The notes under the pieces: model-generated | The model's database searches: none | The model's input: the letters and a program-made list of their open reading frames with translations, nothing else | Told to the model about the DNA's origin: nothing | NCBI GenBank assembly: GCA_963796455.1 | Contig: CAWCLO010000010.1 | Location: forward strand, 160,001 to 224,000 | From: Candidatus Sulfomarinibacteraceae bacterium | Lineage (GTDB): Bacteria > Acidobacteriota > Thermoanaerobaculia > Thermoanaerobaculales > Sulfomarinibacteraceae | Reading direction: 5' to 3' | Length of the DNA stretch: 64,000 nucleotides | Program-made: the position numbers and the translations under genes | Part shown: positions 10,122 to 19,443 of the stretch, in pieces | How the letters are laid out: each line of letters opens with the position of its first letter | How positions within the stretch are numbered: the first letter of the stretch is position 1

Positions 10122-10165
10122 CTCCCGGAAGGCGTTACAATCCCAAACCGAAACAGGGAGGAACG

Positions 10166-11005
10166 ATGCCCGAAGCGATCAACGGTGAGGTCACGATTCA
10201 CTATCTCGACGAGGGCACCGGCGAAACAGTGCTTCTGATCCACGGTCACACCCAGGACCGACGGATCTTTGATCCGATGATGGGATCACTCATCGGTGAG
10301 GGGCTGAGGGTCATCCGACCCGACCTCAGAGGCCACGGCAAAAGCACCCGCCCTGACTCCGGCTATCACCACTCCCATCACGCCTCCGATATGTTGGCGG
10401 TTCTCGACGCGGCCGACGTCCATCGCGCTTCGGTCCTTGGTTATTCGGTAGGCGGCGCGATTGCGCTCGAGATGGCCATCACCCATCCCGATCGGGTCGC
10501 CGGTCTCGTGCTCGCCTCAACGGTGATGCCGGATCGCCCATTCGAGCCCGAATTCATGGACTGCCTTCGGCAAGTCGCCCGGGTGGCGCGCACCGAGGGA
10601 ATCGCCGCCGCCATGGAAGGAGCCTGGGGTGAGTGTCCGCTCTTCACGCATTCCTTCACCAAAGCGGAGGTCCGCGAAGCAGCGGAGGCGATCACCCGGG
10701 ACTTTCCTGGAGCTGAGTATCTCGCGACCGCGCGGGATCACGTCGAACGTTCGTGGACGGTTCCCGATAGGCTCTCCGAAATTGACGTCCCCACCATCGT
10801 GTTGGCGGGCGACAGCGAGACACCGGGGTTCATCAAATTTGCCGAAGAAGCTGCGGCCGGCATCCCCGGTTCCCGGCTCGAACTCCTGGTCGACTGCGGT
10901 CACCTCCTGCCTCTCGAGGCACCCGACCGGCTCGCCCAGGCGATTCTCGATGCCACGCAAACCGACGATCCCAACGCGACACAACCAATTTCTCAACGGC
11001 TTTAA
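10166..11005 (+). CDS. Alpha/beta-fold hydrolase
   Basis: LLIHGH, PDLRGHGKS, nucleophile GYSVGG, CGHL; GGAGG RBS. Confidence 0.92.
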   Translation: MPEAINGEVTIHYLDEGTGETVLLIHGHTQDRRIFDPMMGSLIGEGLRVIRPDLRGHGKSTRPDSGYHHSHHASDMLAVLDAADVHRASVLGYSVGGAIALEMAITHPDRVAGLVLASTVMPDRPFEPEFMDCLRQVARVARTEGIAAAMEGAWGECPLFTHSFTKAEVREAAEAITRDFPGAEYLATARDHVERSWTVPDRLSEIDVPTIVLAGDSETPGFIKFAEEAAAGIPGSRLELLVDCGHLLPLEAPDRLAQAILDATQTDDPNATQPISQRL

Positions 11006-11109
11006 GCCTTACGCAACCCGCATTTTCCAGGCCGAAAAAACAATCGGGAACGGGATCGGGTACGGATTGGTTACACTCTTCGCTCGTTGAACGGAATGCA
11101 GGAGGACCC

Positions 11110-12174
11110 ATGGCGCTCACACAACAGTTGATTCTTGAAAAACTCCACAATATCCCGGCTCCCAACGGTGCTGGATCTCTGGTCGAGGCCGGAGCGGTGC
11201 GCGGCATCGAAATCGACGGAGACTCGGTCAAGGTGACCCTTGCCGTCGAGGCCCCGCAGCCCAACGTTGCAGGCGAAGTGAAAAAGATCGTCGAAGAGCT
11301 GCTTGCGACGATGGATGAGGTCGGCAGTGCCGAGGTCACCGTCCACCCCTTGCTCGCCACGGTTCAGGCGCGACCCGCAGCCGAGCCGGAACCGCCACCA
11401 ACCTGGGAGGACAAGATTCCCGGGATCAAACACGTCATCGCGGTCGCTTCGGGCAAGGGAGGCGTCGGAAAATCCACAGTCTCCGCGAACCTCGCGCTGG
11501 CCCTGACTTCGCTCGGCCACTCGGTCGGCCTCCTCGATGCGGACATTTACGGACCATCACAACAGATGATGATGGGCACCATGATCGAACCGACAGGCGA
11601 TCCCGAAGGCAAGATCCAGCCGGCGACCGCCGACGGCGGCGTCAAGGTCATGTCCTTCGGTTTTTTGGTCGATCCCGACCAACCGGTCATATGGCGTGGT
11701 CCGATGCTGCAGAAGGCGCTCGAACAATTTGTTGGAGATGTGGCCTGGGGAGAACTCGACTTCCTTGTGGTCGATCTTCCGCCCGGCACCGGCGACGTGG
11801 CGCTGACTCTGTGCCAGAACGTGCCGATGGCCGGGACAGTGATCGTCACGACCCCGCAGGATGTGGCCCTGATCGACGCCCGCAAGGGCCTTCACATGTT
11901 TCGCAAGCTCGAGATCCCGGTCCTCGGCATCATCGAGAACATGGCCTCCTTCGCGTGTCCCGAGTGCGGACACCTGGAGCACATCTTTGGCGAGGGCGGC
12001 GGGAGCCGCACCGCCAAGGAGCTGGAAGTGCCGTTCCTGGGTTCCATCCCGCTCGATCCAGCGGTGGTTGTCGGCGGTGACGAGGGCAAACCGGTGGTCA
12101 CGTCGCGTCCGGACTCGCCGACCGCGCAGGCCTTTATCCAGCTCGCGAAAACGCTGGTGGAACAGATCGGATAA
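11110..12174 (+). CDS. mrp: Mrp/ApbC (NBP35-family) Fe-S cluster carrier ATPase
   Basis: SGKGGVGKST, DADIYGPS, WRGPM, DLPPGTGD, ENM..CPECG. Confidence 0.95.
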   Translation: MALTQQLILEKLHNIPAPNGAGSLVEAGAVRGIEIDGDSVKVTLAVEAPQPNVAGEVKKIVEELLATMDEVGSAEVTVHPLLATVQARPAAEPEPPPTWEDKIPGIKHVIAVASGKGGVGKSTVSANLALALTSLGHSVGLLDADIYGPSQQMMMGTMIEPTGDPEGKIQPATADGGVKVMSFGFLVDPDQPVIWRGPMLQKALEQFVGDVAWGELDFLVVDLPPGTGDVALTLCQNVPMAGTVIVTTPQDVALIDARKGLHMFRKLEIPVLGIIENMASFACPECGHLEHIFGEGGGSRTAKELEVPFLGSIPLDPAVVVGGDEGKPVVTSRPDSPTAQAFIQLAKTLVEQIG

Positions 12175-12200
12175 CGATCGCTTCAGCGGCATGTCCGGAC

Positions 12201-12910
12201 AACCACAGAGGCACAGAGACACAGAGGACTTCCCGGCGACATCCCCGGTCCGGCGAGATCCTGGCCGCCCAGGGCGGCCAGGTACCGCTGGGGCAGGAAA
12301 CCGCTCCGAAAACCAGCTCTCGTCGCGGTTTCCTGCCCCAGCGGCCTGCGCAATCGCGCAGGTCTCGCCTCCTTCCTCCTCTTTCCTTCAATCAAGAGAG
12401 GATGTCACCGAAGCTAGGCAGAACCGGCATGCCGTAGGCGTGCCGGACGGTGGGAAGCGGGGTGACTCCGAGCGCTGGCGATCGGCAGTCACCCCGCTTC
12501 TCACCCGGCGACTGGCGATCGGAGATCGTCTGGCGATCTGCCGACACTGATGGCACCCTCGCACAAGTTCGCCAACCAGGCCTTGGCGTCGCTGCGACTT
12601 TGCGTTCTTTGCGGTTCAACCATGTGCACGCGAGACGCGTGCACCACCATGGTGGTGCAGCCGTCCCGGCTGCACTCCGGTCGTGCCTTTGCGCCAGCCC
12701 TCTGTGTTCCCTCTCTGTGTCTCCGTGCCTCTGTGGTTTTCTTGGTGTGACTCCTTCGTGTCTTTGTGTCTTCGTGTTTGCGACGGCCCTCGATCTGGTT
12801 CATCTGGGTGATCTGTGGGCAAAGCCGGTCCGTCTCCCGTCGATCGCGACGGTCAATCTGCGTGATCGGCGTGATCTGCGGGAGTTCTCTCTCCGCGCCT
12901 CCGTGGTTCA
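12201..12910. repeat. Intergenic cluster of nested inverted repeats and 9-mer periodic arms
   Basis: 26-nt IR with one mismatch (12201-12226 vs 12713-12738) encloses several GC-rich stems; ATCTG(C/G)GTG and CT(T/C)(C/T)GTG repeats follow. Confidence 0.85.
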
Positions 12911-12922
12911 GCCCTGATCGCG

Positions 12923-13672
12923 TCAATTCCCTGAGTAGTTGATCACCACCTGCGTTGGTCCACCATCCTCTGAATTGACGATGGCAACAACGTTCCGGCC
13001 ACCCTCACCGTTGTTTCCATTGACCATTCCACCCACGGTGTCGTCCTGGCTGTAGGTGTTGACCGCGACGTCATAACCTTCGGCTTCGAGGGCCGCCTTG
13101 TAAAAATCGAGCACCTCGGCCACGCTCATGGTTGTTTTGATCTCGAATCCCCCGCTGGATTGGTCGCCGCTCTTCATCATGTGGCGATTTTGCGGCTCGG
13201 AGCCTTCCGGCAAAGGCACCCAACCCGGAACTTCTTCGGAGACCTGACCCGCGGAGTACACGAGCTCGCCCTCCCCGTCGGTGACCTTGAGATTGCCTTC
13301 CTCGAGATCGCTGGCGTCGATGTTGACCTCGCGGTCGCCGGTTTTGAAGCTGAACTGCCCATTCTCGATATCATCAAAATTGACCGTGATCTCCTCACCG
13401 GTCTTCTTGTTGCGGACGGTCATGGTCCCGGCCGCGGGATCGCTCGAGACCTCTTCAAGTTCGGGGTTGAGTTTGACGATCATTTTAGCCGTCGCCATGG
13501 CCGGGTCGTCTTCGAAGTCGGCCACCATGTCTTTTGCTTTGTTTGCCAGCAGGAAGCCGCCCACCGTCATGGCAATCATGACAAAGACGACAATCGCGCC
13601 GCAGCCGATGCCAACCCACGCCCATACCGGAAGACCTGTTTTTGCCGAAGTCTGTGCGCCGTTGCTCATCAC
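12923..13672 (-). CDS. Hypothetical single-pass membrane protein with acidic extracytoplasmic domain
   Basis: 249-aa ORF with GGAGG RBS and an N-terminal hydrophobic helix (WAWVGIGCGAIVVF). Confidence 0.8.
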   Translation of the reverse strand: MMSNGAQTSAKTGLPVWAWVGIGCGAIVVFVMIAMTVGGFLLANKAKDMVADFEDDPAMATAKMIVKLNPELEEVSSDPAAGTMTVRNKKTGEEITVNFDDIENGQFSFKTGDREVNIDASDLEEGNLKVTDGEGELVYSAGQVSEEVPGWVPLPEGSEPQNRHMMKSGDQSSGGFEIKTTMSVAEVLDFYKAALEAEGYDVAVNTYSQDDTVGGMVNGNNGEGGRNVVAIVNSEDGGPTQVVINYSGN

Positions 13673-13729
13673 AACCTCCTCGTGCGGTTCGCCACCGCAT
13701 GGTTTTCTGCTGAGGCTTCGAGGATATCA

Positions 13730-13960
13730 CCGCTCGATGCTCGATACTCGATACTCGATCCCGATCCCGATCACGAGCCCGTTGCCGTTACCGCTACCGA
13801 CAGGGAGAAATGGGGAAAGGGGGAAAGGGAGAAGCAGCCCCCACCTGGCAGAGGGGCATGGGGGCAGAGGACCGCTCGGCTTCCTCGCTATCGCTATCGG
13901 AATCGCTATCGCTATCGTTGGGCTGCTGTAGATACCGATCCTGAAAGGGAGAAAGGGGAA
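13730..13960. repeat. Mixed short periodic repeats (CTCGATA, CCCGAT/CCGTTG, GGGAGAAA, CGCTAT)
   Basis: Visible 6-8-nt tandem units in the divergent intergenic region. Confidence 0.85.
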
Positions 13961-14002
13961 CCAACCGGCACTGGTTTCGCCCACGTACCCATGTCGCTAC
14001 CC

Positions 14003-14124
14003 GATGTCATCCTGAGCGAAGCGCCTTTGGCGCGAAGTCGAAGGATCTGCGGACTGAGGATGTTCCATTCATCTCATAGATCCTTCGACTCCGCCCCTGT
14101 GGGGGCTCCGCTCAGGATGACATC
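14003..14124. repeat. REP/MITE-like palindromic element, copy 2
   Basis: Near-identical to 9669-9825 but lacks the inner CCCGTTCGACT...CTCAGGGCAGG insert. Confidence 0.9.
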
Positions 14125-14205
14125 TTGAAGGACCGTTCCTTTTCCGTTCCTATTGAGACGAAAGGAAAACCCATCGCGGGTCGATAAGCGTGATAAGGAG
14201 CGGGT

Positions 14206-14370
14206 CTCCTCTGCTCCTCTGCCCCTCTGCTCCTCTGCCCCTCTGCCCCTCTGCCCCTCTGCCCCTCTGCCCCTCTGCTCTGCCCCTCTGCCCCTCTGCC
14301 CCTCTGCCCCTCTGCCCCTCTGCTGCCCTTCTGCCCCTCTGCCCCTCTGCTCCTCTGCTCCTCTGCTCCC
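14206..14370. repeat. (C[C/T]CCTCTG)n 8-mer tandem array
   Basis: Tandem CCCCTCTG/CTCCTCTG units preceded by the same GTGATAAGG..CGGGTCTCCTCTG leader as at 9925. Confidence 0.95.
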
Positions 14371-14447
14371 TTTCTCGGTCATCCGTGTGGATCTCCATCT
14401 CCAATCCAGATAGGATGTAGGGTAGTGGATGACCCAGGAAGACCCCG

Positions 14448-15683
14448 ATGAACGCCGAGATCGTTGCGGTCGCCTTGTGTCTGCTCGGCTCCGGCTTCTT
14501 CTCCGGGTCGGAGACCGCACTCACCTCCCTGCCCGTCACCCGCCTCGAGGCCCTGCGGCAACGTTCCGGTCGTTTGACCCGCGCCGGTCTCGACCGCTGG
14601 GCGAAGGCGCCTCAGGAATTGTTGATCACGATCCTGGTCGGCAACAATCTGGTCAACGTCCTCGCTTCGGCCCTGGCCACCAGCATCGCCTACCGGGTTT
14701 CTTCTGATGGCAGTCTGGCGGCGGTGGTCGGTGTGATGACCCTGGGAATTCTGATCTTTGGCGAAATCACCCCAAAAACTCTAGCGCAACAGCACTCCGA
14801 GTGGATCGCCGCACGGGTGGCACCGATCCTCTACGTGCTCGATGTCGTCCTGCGCCCGATCAACTGGGTGCTCGGTCTGCTCTCACGATTTCTTTCACGG
14901 GGTCAAACGCCCGAGTTGGCGGTCACCGAAGAAGACCTGGTCTTCATGTTGCGCCTGGCCCACCGTCATGCCCATTTGCCGCGCGATTCGAGGATCATGA
15001 TCGAATCGGTGCTTCGATTTCAGAATGCCGTTGCGCGCGAGGTCATGATCCCGCGACCGATGGTCGCAACCATCGACAAATCCCTGTCGCTGAAAGACCT
15101 GCAACTTTTTTTGGCCACCACTCCACACAGCCGCTTTCCCGTGGTCGACGGCTCACCCGACGACATCGTCGGTGCCCTTCATACCAAACACCTCCTGCGC
15201 CTCGACGACGGTGAGCCCTGGAACGATCTGGTCGTCCCGGCTCTCTTCATACCGGAGACCAGGTTGCTACCCGATTTGTTGCAGGATTTCCGAAGATCGG
15301 GCCAGCATCTGGCCTTGGTGCTCGACGAATTCGGCGGTCTTTCCGGAGTGGTCACCCTCGAAGACTTGCTCGAATTGGTGGTCGGGGAGATCGAGGACGA
15401 ATTCGACCTCGGCCACGAAGCGGCGGTCAAGGCGGAGGGGGACGCCTGGAGGGTCGCCGGCTATCTCTCGCTCCGGCGCCTGGAGTCCATCTTCCATCGC
15501 GCCATCGAGGAGCCCGAGGACATCGAATCCGTCGGCGGGCTGATCACCCATCTAGTGGAGGACGAGGTCCTGCCCGGAACCTCGGTTCACTGGGACGGCC
15601 TCGACCTCAAAGTCGAGACGATCGAAGACGGTCGCCCCGCCCTCGTCCTGGTTTCGAAAGTCCCGTCAAGGAACCGCGGCTGA
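14448..15683 (+). CDS. HlyC/CorC (CNNM) family protein: DUF21 + CBS pair + CorC_HlyC
   Basis: GFFSGSETAL, TILVGNN, FGEITPK, HSRFPV, DEFGG, EDLLELVVGEIEDE. Confidence 0.93.
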   Translation: MNAEIVAVALCLLGSGFFSGSETALTSLPVTRLEALRQRSGRLTRAGLDRWAKAPQELLITILVGNNLVNVLASALATSIAYRVSSDGSLAAVVGVMTLGILIFGEITPKTLAQQHSEWIAARVAPILYVLDVVLRPINWVLGLLSRFLSRGQTPELAVTEEDLVFMLRLAHRHAHLPRDSRIMIESVLRFQNAVAREVMIPRPMVATIDKSLSLKDLQLFLATTPHSRFPVVDGSPDDIVGALHTKHLLRLDDGEPWNDLVVPALFIPETRLLPDLLQDFRRSGQHLALVLDEFGGLSGVVTLEDLLELVVGEIEDEFDLGHEAAVKAEGDAWRVAGYLSLRRLESIFHRAIEEPEDIESVGGLITHLVEDEVLPGTSVHWDGLDLKVETIEDGRPALVLVSKVPSRNRG

Positions 15684-18600
15684 CCAACCCAGGGTATCCG
15701 CTGATTCGAAGCTGTCCGCGAAGAGCACCGGGGTGGGCGGCAGATCCCGCATCGAGCCGTAGACCCCATCAGTCCCGGAATCCTGGCCCTGACTCGACCA
15801 GACGACCCAAAAGTTTCCGGCTTCGGAACATGCGACATCCACCTGGTATTGGGCCCCAGCGTAGTAGTTGTTGAACGGAAGCTCGTCCGATGCAAAGGAA
15901 CCGTCATCATCGAGCAAGCGCCCGAAGACTCCCGCTCCCGAACTATCCTGGCCATAGCTCTCCCAGACCACGGCCACGTGTCCGTTTGCTTCGCCGTCTA
16001 CCGCCGGGTTGCGTTGGTTGCCGTCGGTGAAATCGTTGATCCGAAATTCACTGCCTGCCGCAACGCCGTCGCCATCGAACCAGCGACCGCGCACGCTGTA
16101 ACCCGATCCATCCTGACCGGTGGCGTCCTGCCACGCGACCAGGAATGCGCCGCCGCCCACCACCGCGGCCACCGGCCTCGACTGGTCGCCTGTGATGACG
16201 GTGTTGACCAGGAACTCTCCGGCAATGGGCACACCCGCGCCGGTCCAGCCGGCGGCCGACCACAGATTCTGAGATTCCGTCGTCCTGCCCCCAACTCTCC
16301 CACACCACCACGAAACCTCCGTCGGGCGAAGCTCCAACGCTGGGATTGTCCTGGTTTCCGGTGGTGGTGGTGTTGACCGCGAACTCATCACCCACCGGCG
16401 TGCCGTCGAGGCCGAAGACCCGTGCAAATACGCCAGGACCCCCACCGGAGTCATTGTCCTGCCAGACAATCATCACCTGGTTGCCACCGTCGATCGCGAT
16501 CTGTGGAACTGTTTGAGTATTCGAACCGGAGGACCCGACCGCGTATTCGCCGCCAAGGGCAGCGCCGGCGGCATCATAGCGCCGTGCCAGGATCTCGGTT
16601 CCACCTTCAGTGGCGGCCTGCCAAACGACGGTGAAGGAACCGTCAGACGCAACCGCAACTCCAGGGTTTTGTTGATCCTCGTCAGTCGACTGGTTGATCT
16701 GAAACTCCTCTCCAACCGGATCGCCATTGCCGTCAAATCGTTGTCCGAATACGCCCCAGCCCCACCCGTCCTGGTTCCAGCTTTCCCACACCACCGTGGA
16801 GTTCCCAGTGGCATTGACACTCACCGCCGGCTTGTCTTGGATGTTCGGTATTGAGGAGTTGATTCGGTTTTCAAGAGCCTCGTCATCGGTGAGGGCGACG
16901 ACTGACGTGCCCGGGGCACCGATCTCGATGTCGCCGACCGGATTGGAGAGCGTCACCTGGAAGTTCTCGCCTCCCTCGACATCGTTGTCGTCGATGAGAG
17001 CAATCGTGATCGTCTTGTCGTCGCCGTTTCCGGCCGCCCAATCGAGGGTCCCGGAGCCAGCCACGTAGTCCGATCCCGATGAGGCGGTACCATCCGCCGT
17101 CGCCCATTCGATCGATGCCGCGCCGTCGGTGTTTCCGGTGCGGGTGACGATGAGATCCACGCTGGCGTCGGTTTCGGCCACTCCGTAGGACGGCGGACTC
17201 GAATTGAAGTCTCGGCCCATCTTCGTCGATGATCGTCACGGTGAAGACCGAAGGCGAACCGAGTACCGTGCCTGCGGTCGGATTGCTGAGCGTGACCTGG
17301 AAGTTCTCGTCAGTTTCTCGGACCTCATCATCGGTAAGGGAAACCGAGATGGTCTTGGGGACCTGGTCGCCCGGCCCCCATTGCAGCGTTCCGGAAGTCG
17401 ATGTGTAGTCCGATCCAGCGGTCGCGGTTCCACCCTCGGTCGCGTAGCTCACAGATACCGTCCCAAGCGCCGGTCCGGAGCGGGAAACATAGGCGGAGAC
17501 GGTTCCGCCGTCCTCTCCAACCTCCGTGGAACCGGAGCCGAAGCGCAGCACATCGACGTCGTCGTCGACGATGGTCAGCAGCGCTCGATTGAGGACACTG
17601 AGGGTCGTCGGGCCCGTTGGGGTGTGGAGTTTGAGAATCAGTTGTTCCTGTCCTTCGATGTCACCGTCGTTCTGGATCGGGACCTGGACAGTTTTGTCCG
17701 TGGTGTCGCCATCGTTCCAGGTGACGGTCTGATTGATTTCGGTGTAATCAGAACCGGCAACCGCGCTGCCATCCTCGGAAGTGATCGTCACTCCCACAGC
17801 CCCTTCACCGTTCCCGTTCCGACGGAGGGTCACCGTCGCCGCGCCGGCCTGCTCGTCGACCGAGTAGGAGTTCGCGGAAAATTGCAGAGACGTGGACTGC
17901 TCGTAGGGTTCCAGGAGTTTCAATGCCGTCAGCACTCCGTCCATGCTCGCGAGGTAGAGCCGGCCCTCGCTCCACGCCAGATCTCCTCGTACGGCGGTCT
18001 CATCCACCGCGTCGGGTGGATAATCGTAGGACCAGACACTCTCGTGGGTGGTGAGATCGATGGCGTGGATCGCAGATCCCTCGTCGCTGTGGTTCCGCCA
18101 ATCAACGTCGACGACGGTAACGATCACATGGGAGTCGGTGACGATCATGGTGCCTTCAGCCTCGAAAGGGGCCTGTGGCGACCACGACCACAACAGAGTG
18201 CCGTCGTCCTGATCCCGGGCCTCGACGTTGCCGTGGTTGATGGCATAGATGACGCCCTTGGCAACCGACACCTGGCCGGCCAAGGCGTTGCGCCGGTTCC
18301 CACCGAAACCATCGTTCACAAAGTATCCAACCTCTTCGTTCACGAAATCGAAGGAAAGGAGTCGACCGTTGTGAATCACGAATGCGTCATTTCGACCACC
18401 CAGCGCCGGCGCGAGATCCATCGACTGGAGGTGCCATTCCGTTGTCGTGTCGACGATGGTGACCTCCTTGGTTCCATTTGCGCAAGATATGGCATACATG
18501 GTCCCGCCGACATAGTTGTAGGCGCGGATTCCATCCACCGCCGGGGTCCACAGGGGGTACTCCTTCAATCTGGCGTACCATCGGAATGGGGGGTCGTCGT

Positions 18601-19192
18601 AGAAATCGAAAGCGACAAGACCGATGTACCTGCCGCCGCCAATGTACGCGACATTGTCGACGATGGTCGGCGCATAGTAGGCGTAGTACCAGGCTTCGTG
18701 GACACCGGTGTCGATGACGGAGCCACTCTCGGCATTGAAGGTGTAAAGAGCGCTTTGTTCAAAGTTGACGACCTGGAGATATACCTTGCCGTTGTCATAG
18801 GCAGGAGGATTGACGGATTTGACGCTGCCGAAATCCTTGGACCACAGGATGGATCCATCCTCAGCGTCGAGGGTGTAATAGTCATCCTCTCCGACTGTGT
18901 AGTCCACCTGTTCGGTGGAGACATAAACCCGGCCGTCGACGGCCGTCACCGGAAAGAGGCCGTCATTGTGGTCGGGAGCCAAAACCACTTCCCAGTCGAG
19001 AGCAAAATCATTCGGGTCGAAAGACACTGGGACGTAACCCGTATGGGCGGGATTCCCCTGGAACATGGGCCAGCTCACCTGGGCATCGAGCCCCCCCGGA
19101 ACAAACATCACCACCAAGGTCGAGGCGGTGACCAGAGTGAGCCCTATCGAAAACCGAACTCCTGAGAAGTGCTTTCCACCAGTTGGCCGCAT
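15666..19192 (-). CDS. Large secreted protein: PQQ-like beta-propeller, Calx-beta repeats, VVVW-repeat domain and DSFES tail; split by 2 frameshifts (~17198, ~16243)
   Basis: Three overlapping ORFs in successive frames. Signal peptide, WPMFQGNPAHTG, Calx-beta GxAxAGSDY...DD.EG.E motifs, ends LFADSFESADTLGWSAAVP; GGAGG before ATG 19192. Confidence 0.85.
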
Positions 19193-19194
19193 GA

Positions 19195-19350
19195 GACGGT
19201 CCTCCACCTTTCTATTTTAAATGAGAGCAATTCCGTAACTGGCTGGTTTGAGTCGATTTATGAGACATTGTCTCGGGTTTCGTGTCAAACATTTGCAAAT
19301 TTGACAAAATCAAGACTCCATATGGGTATATTTGCCACAAGGTATCCGAG
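19195..19350 (-). promoter_or_regulatory. Conserved upstream region, copy 1, with palindrome TGAGACATTGTCTCG and box TTTGCAAATTTGACAAA
   Basis: Same motifs with near-identical spacing upstream of the paralog at 24162. Confidence 0.7.
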
Positions 19351-19443
19351 CCCCCGACGATCTCCGCTCTGCGCGCGACGGCTCTTCTGCGCTGACGCCC
19401 TCGTGCCGAAACGCCGGTCAAACCGTAACGATCAGTATCACGT

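Noticed and set aside
9770..10249. ORFs with SRGAEEQR or LLLCSSAP repeats (also 14074-14539)
   Set aside because: These are translations of the 8-mer arrays, open in several frames on both strands, with no RBS or domain signal.
17204..19165. Long antisense ORFs (653 aa here; also 28786-30354, 34400-35809, 53596-54873)
   Set aside because: Shadow frames of high-GC coding genes with no recognisable motifs.
19215..19245. Sigma54 promoter for the Calx-beta gene
   Set aside because: TTGC is present but the -24 GG is missing, and the site is not conserved in the paralogous promoter.
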